IMG/VR virus record: IMGVR_UViG_3300018839_000093
Span: 1-56,972 of that record
DNA from: a virus
Lineage: Duplodnaviria > Caudoviricetes
DNA length: 56,972 bases
Strand: one strand, 5' to 3'
Shown piece by piece: positions 17,156 through 25,979 of this stretch. The position numbers and the translations under genes are program-made. Under the pieces are notes generated by a model, which did not search any database, was not told where the DNA came from, and was given only the letters and a program-made list of their open reading frames with translations. How positions within the stretch are numbered: the first letter of the stretch is position 1; each line of letters begins with the position of its first letter.

Positions 17156-17347
17156 ATGGACGCATTAGAAGCAGTTGAAAAATTAGCGAAATTGAATGAG
17201 CGAATCGACGCGTTAGATTCCGCTTACAATTACTTGTGGGATGAATTCGAATTACGAACTACTGCGCTTTTAATAAGTGAAATTCGAGAGGAATTGAAAG
17301 AAGAACGCGGAATACTCGAGGAAAAATTACGGGCGGTGCAATTATGA
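17156..17347 (+). CDS. Hypothetical coiled-coil protein
   Basis: AGGAGG RBS. Confidence 0.6.
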   Translation: MDALEAVEKLAKLNERIDALDSAYNYLWDEFELRTTALLISEIREELKEERGILEEKLRAVQL

Positions 17348-17844
17348 CCCGAATTCTAGCCTTCGACATATCCGCAAGCCCCGGCGTCGCCGTCCTCGAA
17401 ATCAAAAAGAATCAACCGCGACTGCTGTTCGCCGATTCCATCAAAACGGACAGCAAGACGCCCGACAGCCAACGCTTCGCCTACGTTGAAGCCTTCGCCA
17501 TTAAAACGATCCATGAATACGGCCCATTCGACCATGTGATTCGCGAACATTTTACGAAGGGCAGTTCGAAACGCTCGACGCAACTAGTATTCGGCTCATG
17601 GGCGATGATAGATTCGGCGCTTGGTCGCTACGGTTATAAAGTGGACGCGGAAATAACGCCCACGTCCGTCAAAAAAATCGTCGGCGGCAAAGGCGGTGCG
17701 GAAAAGAACGAAGTGGCGGATGGCGTACGGCGCATCTTAAAATTACCCGCGGACTATGCGTTCAAGTCGGACGACGCGAGCGATGCGGTGGCGATTGCGC
17801 TGGCTTGGGCGATAGATAGCGGTTTAATAAAGCGGAAGGAGTGA
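17344..17844 (+). CDS. ruvC: RuvC-like Holliday junction resolvase
   Basis: ILAFDIS, IRE, TPTSVKKIVGGKGGAEK, DDASDAVAIA. Confidence 0.85.
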   Translation: MTRILAFDISASPGVAVLEIKKNQPRLLFADSIKTDSKTPDSQRFAYVEAFAIKTIHEYGPFDHVIREHFTKGSSKRSTQLVFGSWAMIDSALGRYGYKVDAEITPTSVKKIVGGKGGAEKNEVADGVRRILKLPADYAFKSDDASDAVAIALAWAIDSGLIKRKE

Positions 17845-17850
17845 TCGGAT

Positions 17851-18039
17851 ATGGTAGAAATTATTGCGACTATTATTAGCGTAGCTTTAACGTTTGGTGC
17901 TTATTTACTCGTCGCGCTTGGCGCATTGACGCTAGCGGGCGCAACTATCGACTTTTATAGCGTCAGCATAACGATATTAACAACGATGATAACCGGATAC
18001 TTTATTGTAGCGTTATTAAAGGCGGTACATTCGAAATGA
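17851..18039 (+). CDS. Small membrane protein
   Basis: Two TM segments, AAGGAG RBS. Confidence 0.6.
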   Translation: MVEIIATIISVALTFGAYLLVALGALTLAGATIDFYSVSITILTTMITGYFIVALLKAVHSK

Positions 18040-18230
18040 GTTTGCTGGCGGATTTAGAACGGATGCTGGCGGACTTAAATCGTCAGCTTGAGGAAAATGG
18101 CGAAGATATAGCACGCTATAACGAGCGCTTGCAGGAGTTATATCGCGAGCGAATCCGCATATATGACGGAATTGTCGGCATTGAAGCCGAGATTAAAAAG
18201 CAACGAAAAGAAACGGAGGAATCAGATTGA
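18036..18230 (+). CDS. Small coiled-coil protein
   Basis: Coupled ORF. Confidence 0.55.
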   Translation: MSLLADLERMLADLNRQLEENGEDIARYNERLQELYRERIRIYDGIVGIEAEIKKQRKETEESD

Positions 18231-18646
18231 CAACGTTATTAACCGATCATTTTATCGAAAAATATCCGGATTTCCCAGCGCACATGAATGCGCTAGGACA
18301 ATTCGTTTACTACCGCACCTATTCGCGATTTTTGCCCGAAAAGAAAAGACGCGAAACATGGAAGGAAACATGTCGCCGAGCAACGGAATATAACGTTGGG
18401 CTTGCGGTAAGGCACCTCGAAAAAATCGGTTATAAGGTCGATTACGAGAAATATCGCAAAGAGGCGGAGGAATTCTTCGATAATATGTTTAATCTTCGCC
18501 AATTTTTAAGCGGACGCACACTTTGGGTAGGCGGTGCTGATGGCGGAGTAGCCGAGAAATATCCGCTATCTAATTTTAACTGCTCATACGTATCGATTCG
18601 CAGCTGGGACGACTTATGCGATTTATTTTATTTGTTACTTGTCGGT
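18227..18646 (+). CDS. nrdJ: Class II (adenosylcobalamin) ribonucleoside-triphosphate reductase, exon 1
   Basis: FVYYRTYSR, RETW, SGRTLW, FNC; ends LLLVG at the 5' splice site. Confidence 0.9.
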
Positions 18647-19416
18647 AAGTGAAAACCTGTGCCGACATTAAACCGTGTGAACCGCTGCCAGCGGGTGTCT
18701 ACGAAAGTAGGCTAACGGGGAAACCTTAACGCTTTTGGCGAAGGCAATCCCGTGCCAAGCGTCTAATAGTCGCCTAAATGGAGGCGATAATATGGAAAAT
18801 TGGAAACCGGTAAAAGGATACGAAGGATTATACGAGGTAAGCGATTTTGGGAACGTTAGAACTCTTGATCCGCGACACTATCAAACAGTAAAAACACAAA
18901 AGAAAAACAAGGACGGACATATGCGCGTATGGCTTTCACGTAATTCAAAGAAGCGACCGTTTTTCGTACACCGTCTTGTCGCAATCAGTTTCATACCCAA
19001 TCCTGAAAATAAGCCAGTTGTAAATCATATTGACGGAAATCCTTCAAATAACCACGTCAGTAATTTAGAATGGTCAACACGTTCCGAGAACGATAAGCAC
19101 GCATTCCGTTTAGGCATGCGAAAGCCATCAAACGGTGGAACAAATAAATATGTTGTCCGAATAGACAAATCCGGGAAAGAAGTCATTTATGATTCAATGT
19201 TACGAGCAGCTAGAGAAAACGAGTTAAGTGTTGGACTAATTTCGTACTACACGAAAACAGGGCGACAATACGGTAATTATAAATGGCGACTATTAGACGA
19301 AGGTGTAACGACTATCCGAAAGGAGTAGGGCGGTAGATTGGCAACCGTTCGAAGCGCACGGGACGTTAATTAACGTCAAGATATAGTCTGTGCCCGTAGA
19401 AATACGGGATTCTCCG
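18647..19416 (+). mobile_element. Group I intron (770 nt, IA-like) in nrdJ
   Basis: P1 GTCGGT/GCCGAC with U-G at the splice site; P10 CCTGT/ACAGG; P3 CCGTGT/GCACGG; P7 GACTAT/ATAGTC; P9 CCCGTA-GAAA-TACGGG; terminal G19416; splicing restores LLLVG-TGVGFKS in frame. Confidence 0.93.
18792..19328 (+). CDS. Intron-encoded NUMOD4-HNH homing endonuclease
   Basis: WKPVKGYEGLYEVSDFGNVR (NUMOD4), VHRLVA...VNHIDGNPSNNHVSNLEW (HNH). Confidence 0.92.
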   Translation: MENWKPVKGYEGLYEVSDFGNVRTLDPRHYQTVKTQKKNKDGHMRVWLSRNSKKRPFFVHRLVAISFIPNPENKPVVNHIDGNPSNNHVSNLEWSTRSENDKHAFRLGMRKPSNGGTNKYVVRIDKSGKEVIYDSMLRAARENELSVGLISYYTKTGRQYGNYKWRLLDEGVTTIRKE

Positions 19417-21258
19417 ACAGGAGTAGGTTTCAAAAGCACGAAAGAATTTGCGTCTAAAATGGCGCCCATTAGAACGAATGTGGAAGTTATCCATGAGCCG
19501 TATGTACAGCGCTATCCAATCGTTAAAGAGCCGAATACCGCGCTTTATATTATAAAAGACGGTAAAAAGGCGGTTATACATGTCGGCGACTCAAAGGAAG
19601 GCTGGGTTGAGGCGTTACGGAAGTTTTTCGACGTACTAACCAAGCGGGAATACGAGAGCGTTGAGCAAATCGGAATATTTTACGATTATATTCGTCCAAA
19701 GGGTGCACGCCTTTATACATTCGGCGGTACGGCATCAGGTCCTGAACCTTTGCGAGAAATGTTCGAAGGCATTACGAAGGTTTTGCGTAATGAACTCGAT
19801 CCATCGCTTGCGCCGTTAGAGGACGCAGGCAACGGCTATAAGCGTGTTCGTCCGATTCACGTTCTCGACATCGGAAATTTAATCGGAAATAACGTCGTTG
19901 TGGGCGGTGTTAGAAGAACGGCTGAGATATTCTTATTTGACGCGGACGATTACGAGTCTATGTTCGCAAAATACGGAATTAACGGCATATGGGACGAAGA
20001 AAAGCACCGCGCCGTTATTAATAAAGTCCGCGAAAATGGATTAGATAAAATAGCGGAATGGCTCGAATCTTTACCGCTACATGATGCGAACGCGCGACCG
20101 TTACATCATCGTCGCATGTCGAACAATTCCATAGCGTTCGAATCAAAGCCTTCGCGCGAACTATTGAACCTAGTATTTACGATGATGCAGGCGGAAGGTG
20201 AGCCGGGCTTAATTAACTTGGAAGAAGCGAAGCGTCGCCGTCCTAATGCGGAAGGCATAAATCCATGCGCCGAGATTTTGCTCGATTCTTACGGCGTTTG
20301 TAATTTAACGACAGTAAACCTTGCACAGTTTGTCGTTCCTAATTTTCACGGCGGCTATGTGCTAGACGAATATTTACTTTATGAAGCACAGCGCAAATCA
20401 GCGCGCGCAGGCTTGAGAATGACATTGGCGGAATTAGAATTACCGCATTGGAATAGCGTTCAGCAGCGCGATAGATTGCTCGGCACTTCATTAACCGGTG
20501 TTAAAGACGCGATGGCGATGCTTGGATATGATAGCGAAAAAGAAGCGCAACTAATTCGCAGGCTCGGAGAAATTGCCCGTGAAGAAGCCGATCGTTATGC
20601 AAAAGAATTGCGCGTCAATGCACCGCTATTAGTAACGACGGTTAAGCCGGAAGGCACCATTTCGCAAGTGGCGGGCGGAGTATCAAGCGGACTTCATTAT
20701 TCGCACTCGCCATATTATATTCGCCGTATTCGCATTAACGCGGCCGATCCGTTAGCAAAAGCCGTCCAATCTATCGGCTGGAAGGTTTATGCGGAAGTAG
20801 GTACGGAAGGCATTATCGACCCGAACGAATTAGCCAAGCCGGAGATAATCGAAAAGGCACGAACGCTCGTTATCGAATTTCCAGTTGCAAGCGGTGCAAA
20901 TAAAACGAAAGACGACGTTTATGTCGCCGAGCAATTCGATACGTACTTTAAATTTCAGCGGAATTATACCGAACATAACTCGTCCAATACGATTCATGTA
21001 CGTCCACATGAATGGGCGGAAGTAGAATCGATTGTTTATACGAATTGGGACGATTTTGTCGGCGTATCTTTCCTCGCACATGATGGCGGAACCTATACGC
21101 TGGCGCCATACGAGGCTATTACGAAAGAGCAGTACGAGGATATGGTTGCGAAATTAGTACCGTTTAAGGCGGATATTCTTGAAAAATTTGAAACGGGTGA
21201 GGATAGCGACCTTGAAGGAATGGACGGCTGCGAAGGTGGAGTTTGTCCTATCCGCTAA
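19417..21258 (+). CDS. nrdJ: Class II RNR, exon 2
   Basis: VVGGVRRTAE, NPCAE, CNL, TVKPEGT, C-terminal GCEGGVCPIR. Confidence 0.92.
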   Translation, partial: TGVGFKSTKEFASKMAPIRTNVEVIHEPYVQRYPIVKEPNTALYIIKDGKKAVIHVGDSKEGWVEALRKFFDVLTKREYESVEQIGIFYDYIRPKGARLYTFGGTASGPEPLREMFEGITKVLRNELDPSLAPLEDAGNGYKRVRPIHVLDIGNLIGNNVVVGGVRRTAEIFLFDADDYESMFAKYGINGIWDEEKHRAVINKVRENGLDKIAEWLESLPLHDANARPLHHRRMSNNSIAFESKPSRELLNLVFTMMQAEGEPGLINLEEAKRRRPNAEGINPCAEILLDSYGVCNLTTVNLAQFVVPNFHGGYVLDEYLLYEAQRKSARAGLRMTLAELELPHWNSVQQRDRLLGTSLTGVKDAMAMLGYDSEKEAQLIRRLGEIAREEADRYAKELRVNAPLLVTTVKPEGTISQVAGGVSSGLHYSHSPYYIRRIRINAADPLAKAVQSIGWKVYAEVGTEGIIDPNELAKPEIIEKARTLVIEFPVASGANKTKDDVYVAEQFDTYFKFQRNYTEHNSSNTIHVRPHEWAEVESIVYTNWDDFVGVSFLAHDGGTYTLAPYEAITKEQYEDMVAKLVPFKADILEKFETGEDSDLEGMDGCEGGVCPIR

Positions 21259-21262
21259 TTAA

Positions 21263-21292
21263 TGCGCGATCTATTTGTATGGAACGTATTAT
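21263..21292 (+). promoter_or_regulatory. Second putative phage-sigma promoter, upstream of phoH
   Basis: TGCGCGA-N13-AACGTAT, matches 9985. Confidence 0.55.
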
Positions 21293-21336
21293 TAATAAAG
21301 GGCGTCCTTATGGCGCCCGCCTAGGAGGCGAATAGA

Positions 21337-22050
21337 ATGGCGTTCTTCGGAATCTCCGCTAAAAATCCCGCACAAAAACGAGCGTTGCAGGCGCTCACTA
21401 ACGATAAGCCCTTCACGTTTTTAACCGGACCGGCAGGCACGGGCAAGTCGCTCGTTGCGCAGGCGGTCGGCCTAGAGCATACGATTGAAAAGCCGCGCTA
21501 TCGCAAGCTAATCTATACGCGACTTCAAATGCAAGTCGGCATGGACGTCGGCGCGCTGCCCGGCGACTTGAACGAAAAAACCTACCCGTTTGTTGCGCCA
21601 TTCATGGACAATCTCGATGTCATGACCGCCAAGCCAAGCGAATTAAAGAAATACTTTGCGGAAGGCGACGACGACAAGCGCAAGATATTTTTCGATAGCA
21701 TACAGACCGTGCGCGGCCGTTCGATTAATCACGCCTATTTAATGCTAGATGAAGCGCAGAATTTGGACGTGCATACTATCGCCGCCATCGCGACTAGAAC
21801 GGCGATTAATGCGAAATTCGTCTTTATCGGAAACTTTGCGCAGATTGATACGCCTAAATTGCGCAATATCAAGACGAACGGACTATATCGGCTATTGAAC
21901 GGACTTTACGAGCGTGGGGCGTATGAATATTTCGATCACGTGAATTTGACGGAAGTACAGCGCCATCCAGTCGTCGAGATTGTCGAGGATATATTGCGGA
22001 ATCATGAAATGGCAACGGAGTTTGCCGAGTTGGAGGCGCGAGGTAATTAG
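21337..22050 (+). CDS. phoH: PhoH-family ATPase
   Basis: GPAGTGKS, GALPGDLNEK, RGRS, LDEAQN, QID. Confidence 0.92.
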   Translation: MAFFGISAKNPAQKRALQALTNDKPFTFLTGPAGTGKSLVAQAVGLEHTIEKPRYRKLIYTRLQMQVGMDVGALPGDLNEKTYPFVAPFMDNLDVMTAKPSELKKYFAEGDDDKRKIFFDSIQTVRGRSINHAYLMLDEAQNLDVHTIAAIATRTAINAKFVFIGNFAQIDTPKLRNIKTNGLYRLLNGLYERGAYEYFDHVNLTEVQRHPVVEIVEDILRNHEMATEFAELEARGN

Positions 22051-22152
22051 CGCGGTGACGGCTCGAAATTAGATTTTGCGGAGTATTATTTAGTAGGGAT
22101 GACGGCGGGCGTAATGGCTCGCCGAATATTTAACCGAAAGGAAGGCGATTGA

Positions 22153-22350
22153 ATGAGCGACAAACTATATAAGGCGAAGATAAACGGCTTGTACGTGAAA
22201 AATGCGTCTGAATTCTTTAAGGAAATTTCGTTAACGCCTGATAGGAAAAAAGCGCAATACCTAAAGGAGAAAGAAAAAGATTATTTATTAAAACATTTAC
22301 CAACCGCGGAAATTAAGTCTTATTCAATTATTGATGACGATGATTTTTAA
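22153..22350 (+). CDS. Hypothetical protein
   Basis: RBS present, in operon. Confidence 0.55.
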   Translation: MSDKLYKAKINGLYVKNASEFFKEISLTPDRKKAQYLKEKEKDYLLKHLPTAEIKSYSIIDDDDF

Positions 22351-22366
22351 AAGGAGGTAAACGCAA

Positions 22367-22948
22367 ATGAACGTTAATATCAAACGGTTACACCCCGACG
22401 CAGTCATTCCGCAATACGCCCACGAAGGCGATGCCGGCTTTGACCTCGTAGCAGTTGAGGACGTCATTATCGAGCCAGGCGAAACCGCACTCATACCGAC
22501 TGGCCTATCCTTCGAAATACCGCCCGGCTACGAGTTGCAATTACGCCCACGATCCGGCATCACCTTGCGGACAAAATTACGCGTACAGCTTGGCACGGTC
22601 GATTCAAACTATCGCGGAGAAATCGGCGTGATTGTGGACAACATCTTCCGCGAAACATCGTTAGCGTACCGCAACAGAACGTATTATACCGATGGTTCTT
22701 CGGTAAAAAACGAAAACAGCAATGACGTAAACGGTACGTACATCATCCGAAAAGGCGACCGCATAGCGCAAGGCATTATCGCACCCATCACGCAGGCACA
22801 TTTCGTCGAGGTTTCGGAATTGAGCGAGACAGATCGAGGCGAAGGTGGCTTCGGAAGTTCGGGCGTTAGGCTGCGCAAAGAATCTCGCAAACTATCGGAC
22901 TACCATACGGAAACGACGATTTATTTAGACGAGGAGGATGCGGATTGA
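22367..22948 (+). CDS. dut: Trimeric dUTPase
   Basis: AGFDL, RPRSG, GTVDSNYRGE, GDRIAQ, RGEGGFGSSG. Confidence 0.95.
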   Translation: MNVNIKRLHPDAVIPQYAHEGDAGFDLVAVEDVIIEPGETALIPTGLSFEIPPGYELQLRPRSGITLRTKLRVQLGTVDSNYRGEIGVIVDNIFRETSLAYRNRTYYTDGSSVKNENSNDVNGTYIIRKGDRIAQGIIAPITQAHFVEVSELSETDRGEGGFGSSGVRLRKESRKLSDYHTETTIYLDEEDAD

Positions 22949-23679
22949 ACGTCAATCTAATAGCACATACGCAATTAAGCGGTAAGTTTTTATCTAATCT
23001 TCCGAGCGAAACGTGGTTGTGGAGTAACGGCGAACCTAAAAATGGAGAGTCGGTCGCCCTGACCGCCATCCGAACGTGCTATTCCGCAAATAAGCCGTCC
23101 GAGATAGTCGCAAAGGAAGGCGCTAAATATTTCGGCAAGCCTGCGACGGACGGCGAGGGCGGTACGGAAGCCGACCGACTCATACGGCATATTGTCCGTA
23201 GCAAGCATTTAAGTACGCTCGAGCATTTAACGTTTACGTTCGCAATAGAAGGCGTTAGTCGTGCATTATTGGCGCAATTAACGAGGCACCGCGTCGGTTT
23301 TAGCTTTAGCGTGCAATCGCAACGCTATGTAAGATTCGGCTCGGACGATAAGTCGGGCGGTTTCGATTATGTGACGCCTGACAGCATCGAAGAACGGGTG
23401 GTTTATCAAGACTTTATGGAATATGCGCAAGAAACATACGATAAATTGCGTAAATTAGGCGTTCCAGCGGAAGATGCTCGGATGGTCCTGCCGCAAGCCG
23501 CGACGACTAACCTCGTTATGACCGCCAACCTTCGTGCTTTGCTTGACTTCTACGCAAAACGGCGCCCAGGCAACGGCGCGCAGGCGGAAATCGCCGACCT
23601 TGCCGAGTGCTTAAAAGCGGAAATTATAGCGGTCGAGCCATGGACGGCGCCGTTCTTCAAAGGCGGTGATGCGAATTAG
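22945..23679 (+). CDS. thyX: Flavin-dependent thymidylate synthase
   Basis: HLSTLEH, RHRVGFSFSVQSQR, EDARMVLP, AQAEI. Confidence 0.95.
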   Translation: MNVNLIAHTQLSGKFLSNLPSETWLWSNGEPKNGESVALTAIRTCYSANKPSEIVAKEGAKYFGKPATDGEGGTEADRLIRHIVRSKHLSTLEHLTFTFAIEGVSRALLAQLTRHRVGFSFSVQSQRYVRFGSDDKSGGFDYVTPDSIEERVVYQDFMEYAQETYDKLRKLGVPAEDARMVLPQAATTNLVMTANLRALLDFYAKRRPGNGAQAEIADLAECLKAEIIAVEPWTAPFFKGGDAN

Positions 23680-24121
23680 TATCGTAGCAAAGTTCGCATT
23701 GTTTACGCAATTCATGAGCGTATTTACGCCGACAACCTATTCCGTCCTTACTAGCGCGGAGGCACAAGCGGAATATTGGCAGAATCAAGCAGACGATTGG
23801 CAAACGTTCGAGGCGACCGCCTATACCGCGCGTTGCGAAGGCTGTACGGGCATTACCAAGACGGGCTATGACGTACGCCATACGATTTATGCGGAGGATG
23901 GGCGGCGCGTGATTGCGGTTGATCCGTCAATTATTGCGCTAGGCTCGACGGTTGAAATACGGATGGCGGACGGCAGAACGTTCGAGGCGGTGGCGCTCGA
24001 TATTGGTGGCGCAATAAAGGGCGAGCGAATCGATATTTTAGTAGATACGAAGAATGACGCATATCAATTCGGTAGGCAGGACGTTGAAGTGCGGATATTA
24101 AACGAAGGAGGGGCGGAATAA
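23669..24121 (+). CDS. 3D-domain cell-wall protein
   Basis: N-terminal signal, ATAY, IAVDPSIIALGS, DIGGAIKGERIDI. Confidence 0.85.
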   Translation: MRISIVAKFALFTQFMSVFTPTTYSVLTSAEAQAEYWQNQADDWQTFEATAYTARCEGCTGITKTGYDVRHTIYAEDGRRVIAVDPSIIALGSTVEIRMADGRTFEAVALDIGGAIKGERIDILVDTKNDAYQFGRQDVEVRILNEGGAE

Positions 24122-24317
24122 TGCATCCGATTTATACAACGTATTTGGATATTAACGATAATGTAGAGGAAGTAATTCGAGTATTTGACCGGTTAAAGAT
24201 TCCGTTCAAACTAGAAACGGAAAGAAGAAAAGTACGAATTTTTGAACACGCTAATCATACGGCAGAAAGGTTGCAGTATAAATTAACGATATTAAGCGAA
24301 GGAGGGGCGGAATAATG
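24094..24317 (+). repeat. 30-bp direct repeat GATATTAA(A/G)CGAAGGAGGGGCGGAATAATG
   Basis: Copies at 24094-24123 and 24288-24317, one mismatch. Confidence 0.9.
24121..24315 (+). CDS. Hypothetical protein flanked by 30-bp direct repeats
   Basis: ORF between repeats at 24094 and 24288. Confidence 0.65.
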   Translation: MHPIYTTYLDINDNVEEVIRVFDRLKIPFKLETERRKVRIFEHANHTAERLQYKLTILSEGGAE

Positions 24318-24692
24318 GACGGTATGAAATTTCGCATAGGCGCAGTCGATTATGAAATAAAAGAGGTTGCGGATTTGCACGATAAAGGCGAAGAATTGCT
24401 CGGCTGGGTAACGTATAACGACTGTTTGATTCGTATAGATTCGGCGTCATCCAATGAGCGAAAAAGGAACGTAATTATACACGAGTTATTACACGCCATG
24501 TTGTACGAGGCCGGATATGACGAGCAGGACGAGGAAATGGTTAGGCGTTTAGGGAACGTGCTAGCGCAAGTTTTACGAGACAATGATTTCGGATTTATGC
24601 GAAATAAGAAAACGGAGATTGAAATAGTAGGAGACGATGGATATACCTATATAAAAAAGATAAGGGAGGCCGATTTGTTTGAGCGAAATTAA
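24315..24692 (+). CDS. HExxH metallopeptidase-like protein (ImmA/IrrE-like)
   Basis: IIHELLHA motif. Confidence 0.65.
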   Translation: MDGMKFRIGAVDYEIKEVADLHDKGEELLGWVTYNDCLIRIDSASSNERKRNVIIHELLHAMLYEAGYDEQDEEMVRRLGNVLAQVLRDNDFGFMRNKKTEIEIVGDDGYTYIKKIREADLFERN

Positions 24693-25413
24693 GCAACCAA
24701 AAACGCATTTAATTGCTGACGAATCATTGGGCGGCATTTTACGGGAATATGTCGAGGTGGATAGGGTTGCGGAGGAAGGTGACGTTGTTTTATACGAAAA
24801 ACTTGACGCATATTACAAAGTTAATAGGCTCCCGCAACAAGAGGACGACGATTGCCTTACGATTGTTAAGGCTGTAAATTCATCGCTTATTGGAGAGACG
24901 GCTTACGCAGGGCGCTTAGATTATTTTAAAACCCTCGAACCGACCGACATCGTTCAAATCGACGGACGTCGCTACCGCCTAGTCGACCGCAAGGCGGAAG
25001 TCGGCGAGAAGGTTATCGTCGTTAAGAACGATTCAAGCGGGTTTAACGTCGGATTTATTGGCGAAGTCTCGGAAGAAATCGCGGATGATCCCGCGGTAAT
25101 TATTAATGGGGCATACGGTCATTATCACGGAGATTATCGCGTCCTCGAAGCAATCGTAACCGCAACCGAAGGCGACCAAAAGAGCATTATCGACCTATTG
25201 GCGAATTTAGCGGAACGATTGACGAAATTAGAACGCAAAGTTGACCGCCTCGGCGACGCAAACGAGCAAGCGATAACCGCGGTCGCGCGTAATGTAGAAA
25301 CATGGGCGGAAGAAATTGAACGTTTAAAGCATGCGCAGACGGAATCAGCCGCCGTAATAACGATGGACGCGAAGGCGCTGGCAAAACTAATCGCGGAGGT
25401 GAAAGCGGAATGA
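24679..25413 (+). CDS. Hypothetical phage protein with C-terminal coiled coil
   Basis: REYVEVDRVAEEGD / YRLVDRKAEVGE repeated modules. Confidence 0.65.
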   Translation: MSEIKQPKTHLIADESLGGILREYVEVDRVAEEGDVVLYEKLDAYYKVNRLPQQEDDDCLTIVKAVNSSLIGETAYAGRLDYFKTLEPTDIVQIDGRRYRLVDRKAEVGEKVIVVKNDSSGFNVGFIGEVSEEIADDPAVIINGAYGHYHGDYRVLEAIVTATEGDQKSIIDLLANLAERLTKLERKVDRLGDANEQAITAVARNVETWAEEIERLKHAQTESAAVITMDAKALAKLIAEVKAE

Positions 25414-25979
25414 GTAGCGAACAAGCCGTCCTAAAAATCGCCATAACGGGCAAATTCCGTTCCGGCAAAGACAGAGTGGCATGGCGTTTGTTCTATCAGC
25501 ACGACTTTGCGCCTCCGATTGCGTTCGGCGACAAGCTAAAGCGTACCGTCCGCGATCTATTGCCGTGGCTGGGCGACAACAAGCCGCGCGCCTACTATCA
25601 GCGCTTCGGACAGCTAATGCGCGAACATTTTGACGAGGATATATGGATAAAGCATGCGGCTCAAACCGTTCAATATTACGAAGGTTTAAAAACGACGCGC
25701 GGCATCGTTATTTCGGACTTGCGCCAGCCGAACGAATATAAATGGGCGAAGGCGAACGGCTTTATGATTATCCGCGTTAATGCGCCGGACGAATTGCGGA
25801 TTGCTCGCGCGAAAGAAGCCGGCGACGATTTCAGCGCAGAGGATGTGGCGCATGAGACCGAGCAGCATGTTGATAAATTTGCGGTAGATTACGAGATAAG
25901 CAACGATGGCACGCTGGCGGAACTTTATGCGCAAGTGGACGGGATTATTGCGGAGATTGAGCGAAAAGGGGCGGTTTAA
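25410..25979 (+). CDS. Deoxynucleoside monophosphate kinase
   Basis: GKFRSGKD, FGDKLK, ISDLRQPNE, HETE. Confidence 0.8.
   Translation: MSSEQAVLKIAITGKFRSGKDRVAWRLFYQHDFAPPIAFGDKLKRTVRDLLPWLGDNKPRAYYQRFGQLMREHFDEDIWIKHAAQTVQYYEGLKTTRGIVISDLRQPNEYKWAKANGFMIIRVNAPDELRIARAKEAGDDFSAEDVAHETEQHVDKFAVDYEISNDGTLAELYAQVDGIIAEIERKGAV

Noticed and set aside
18227-21258. nrdJ as a pseudogene or split gene
   Set aside because: The interruption is a group I intron whose removal restores the frame
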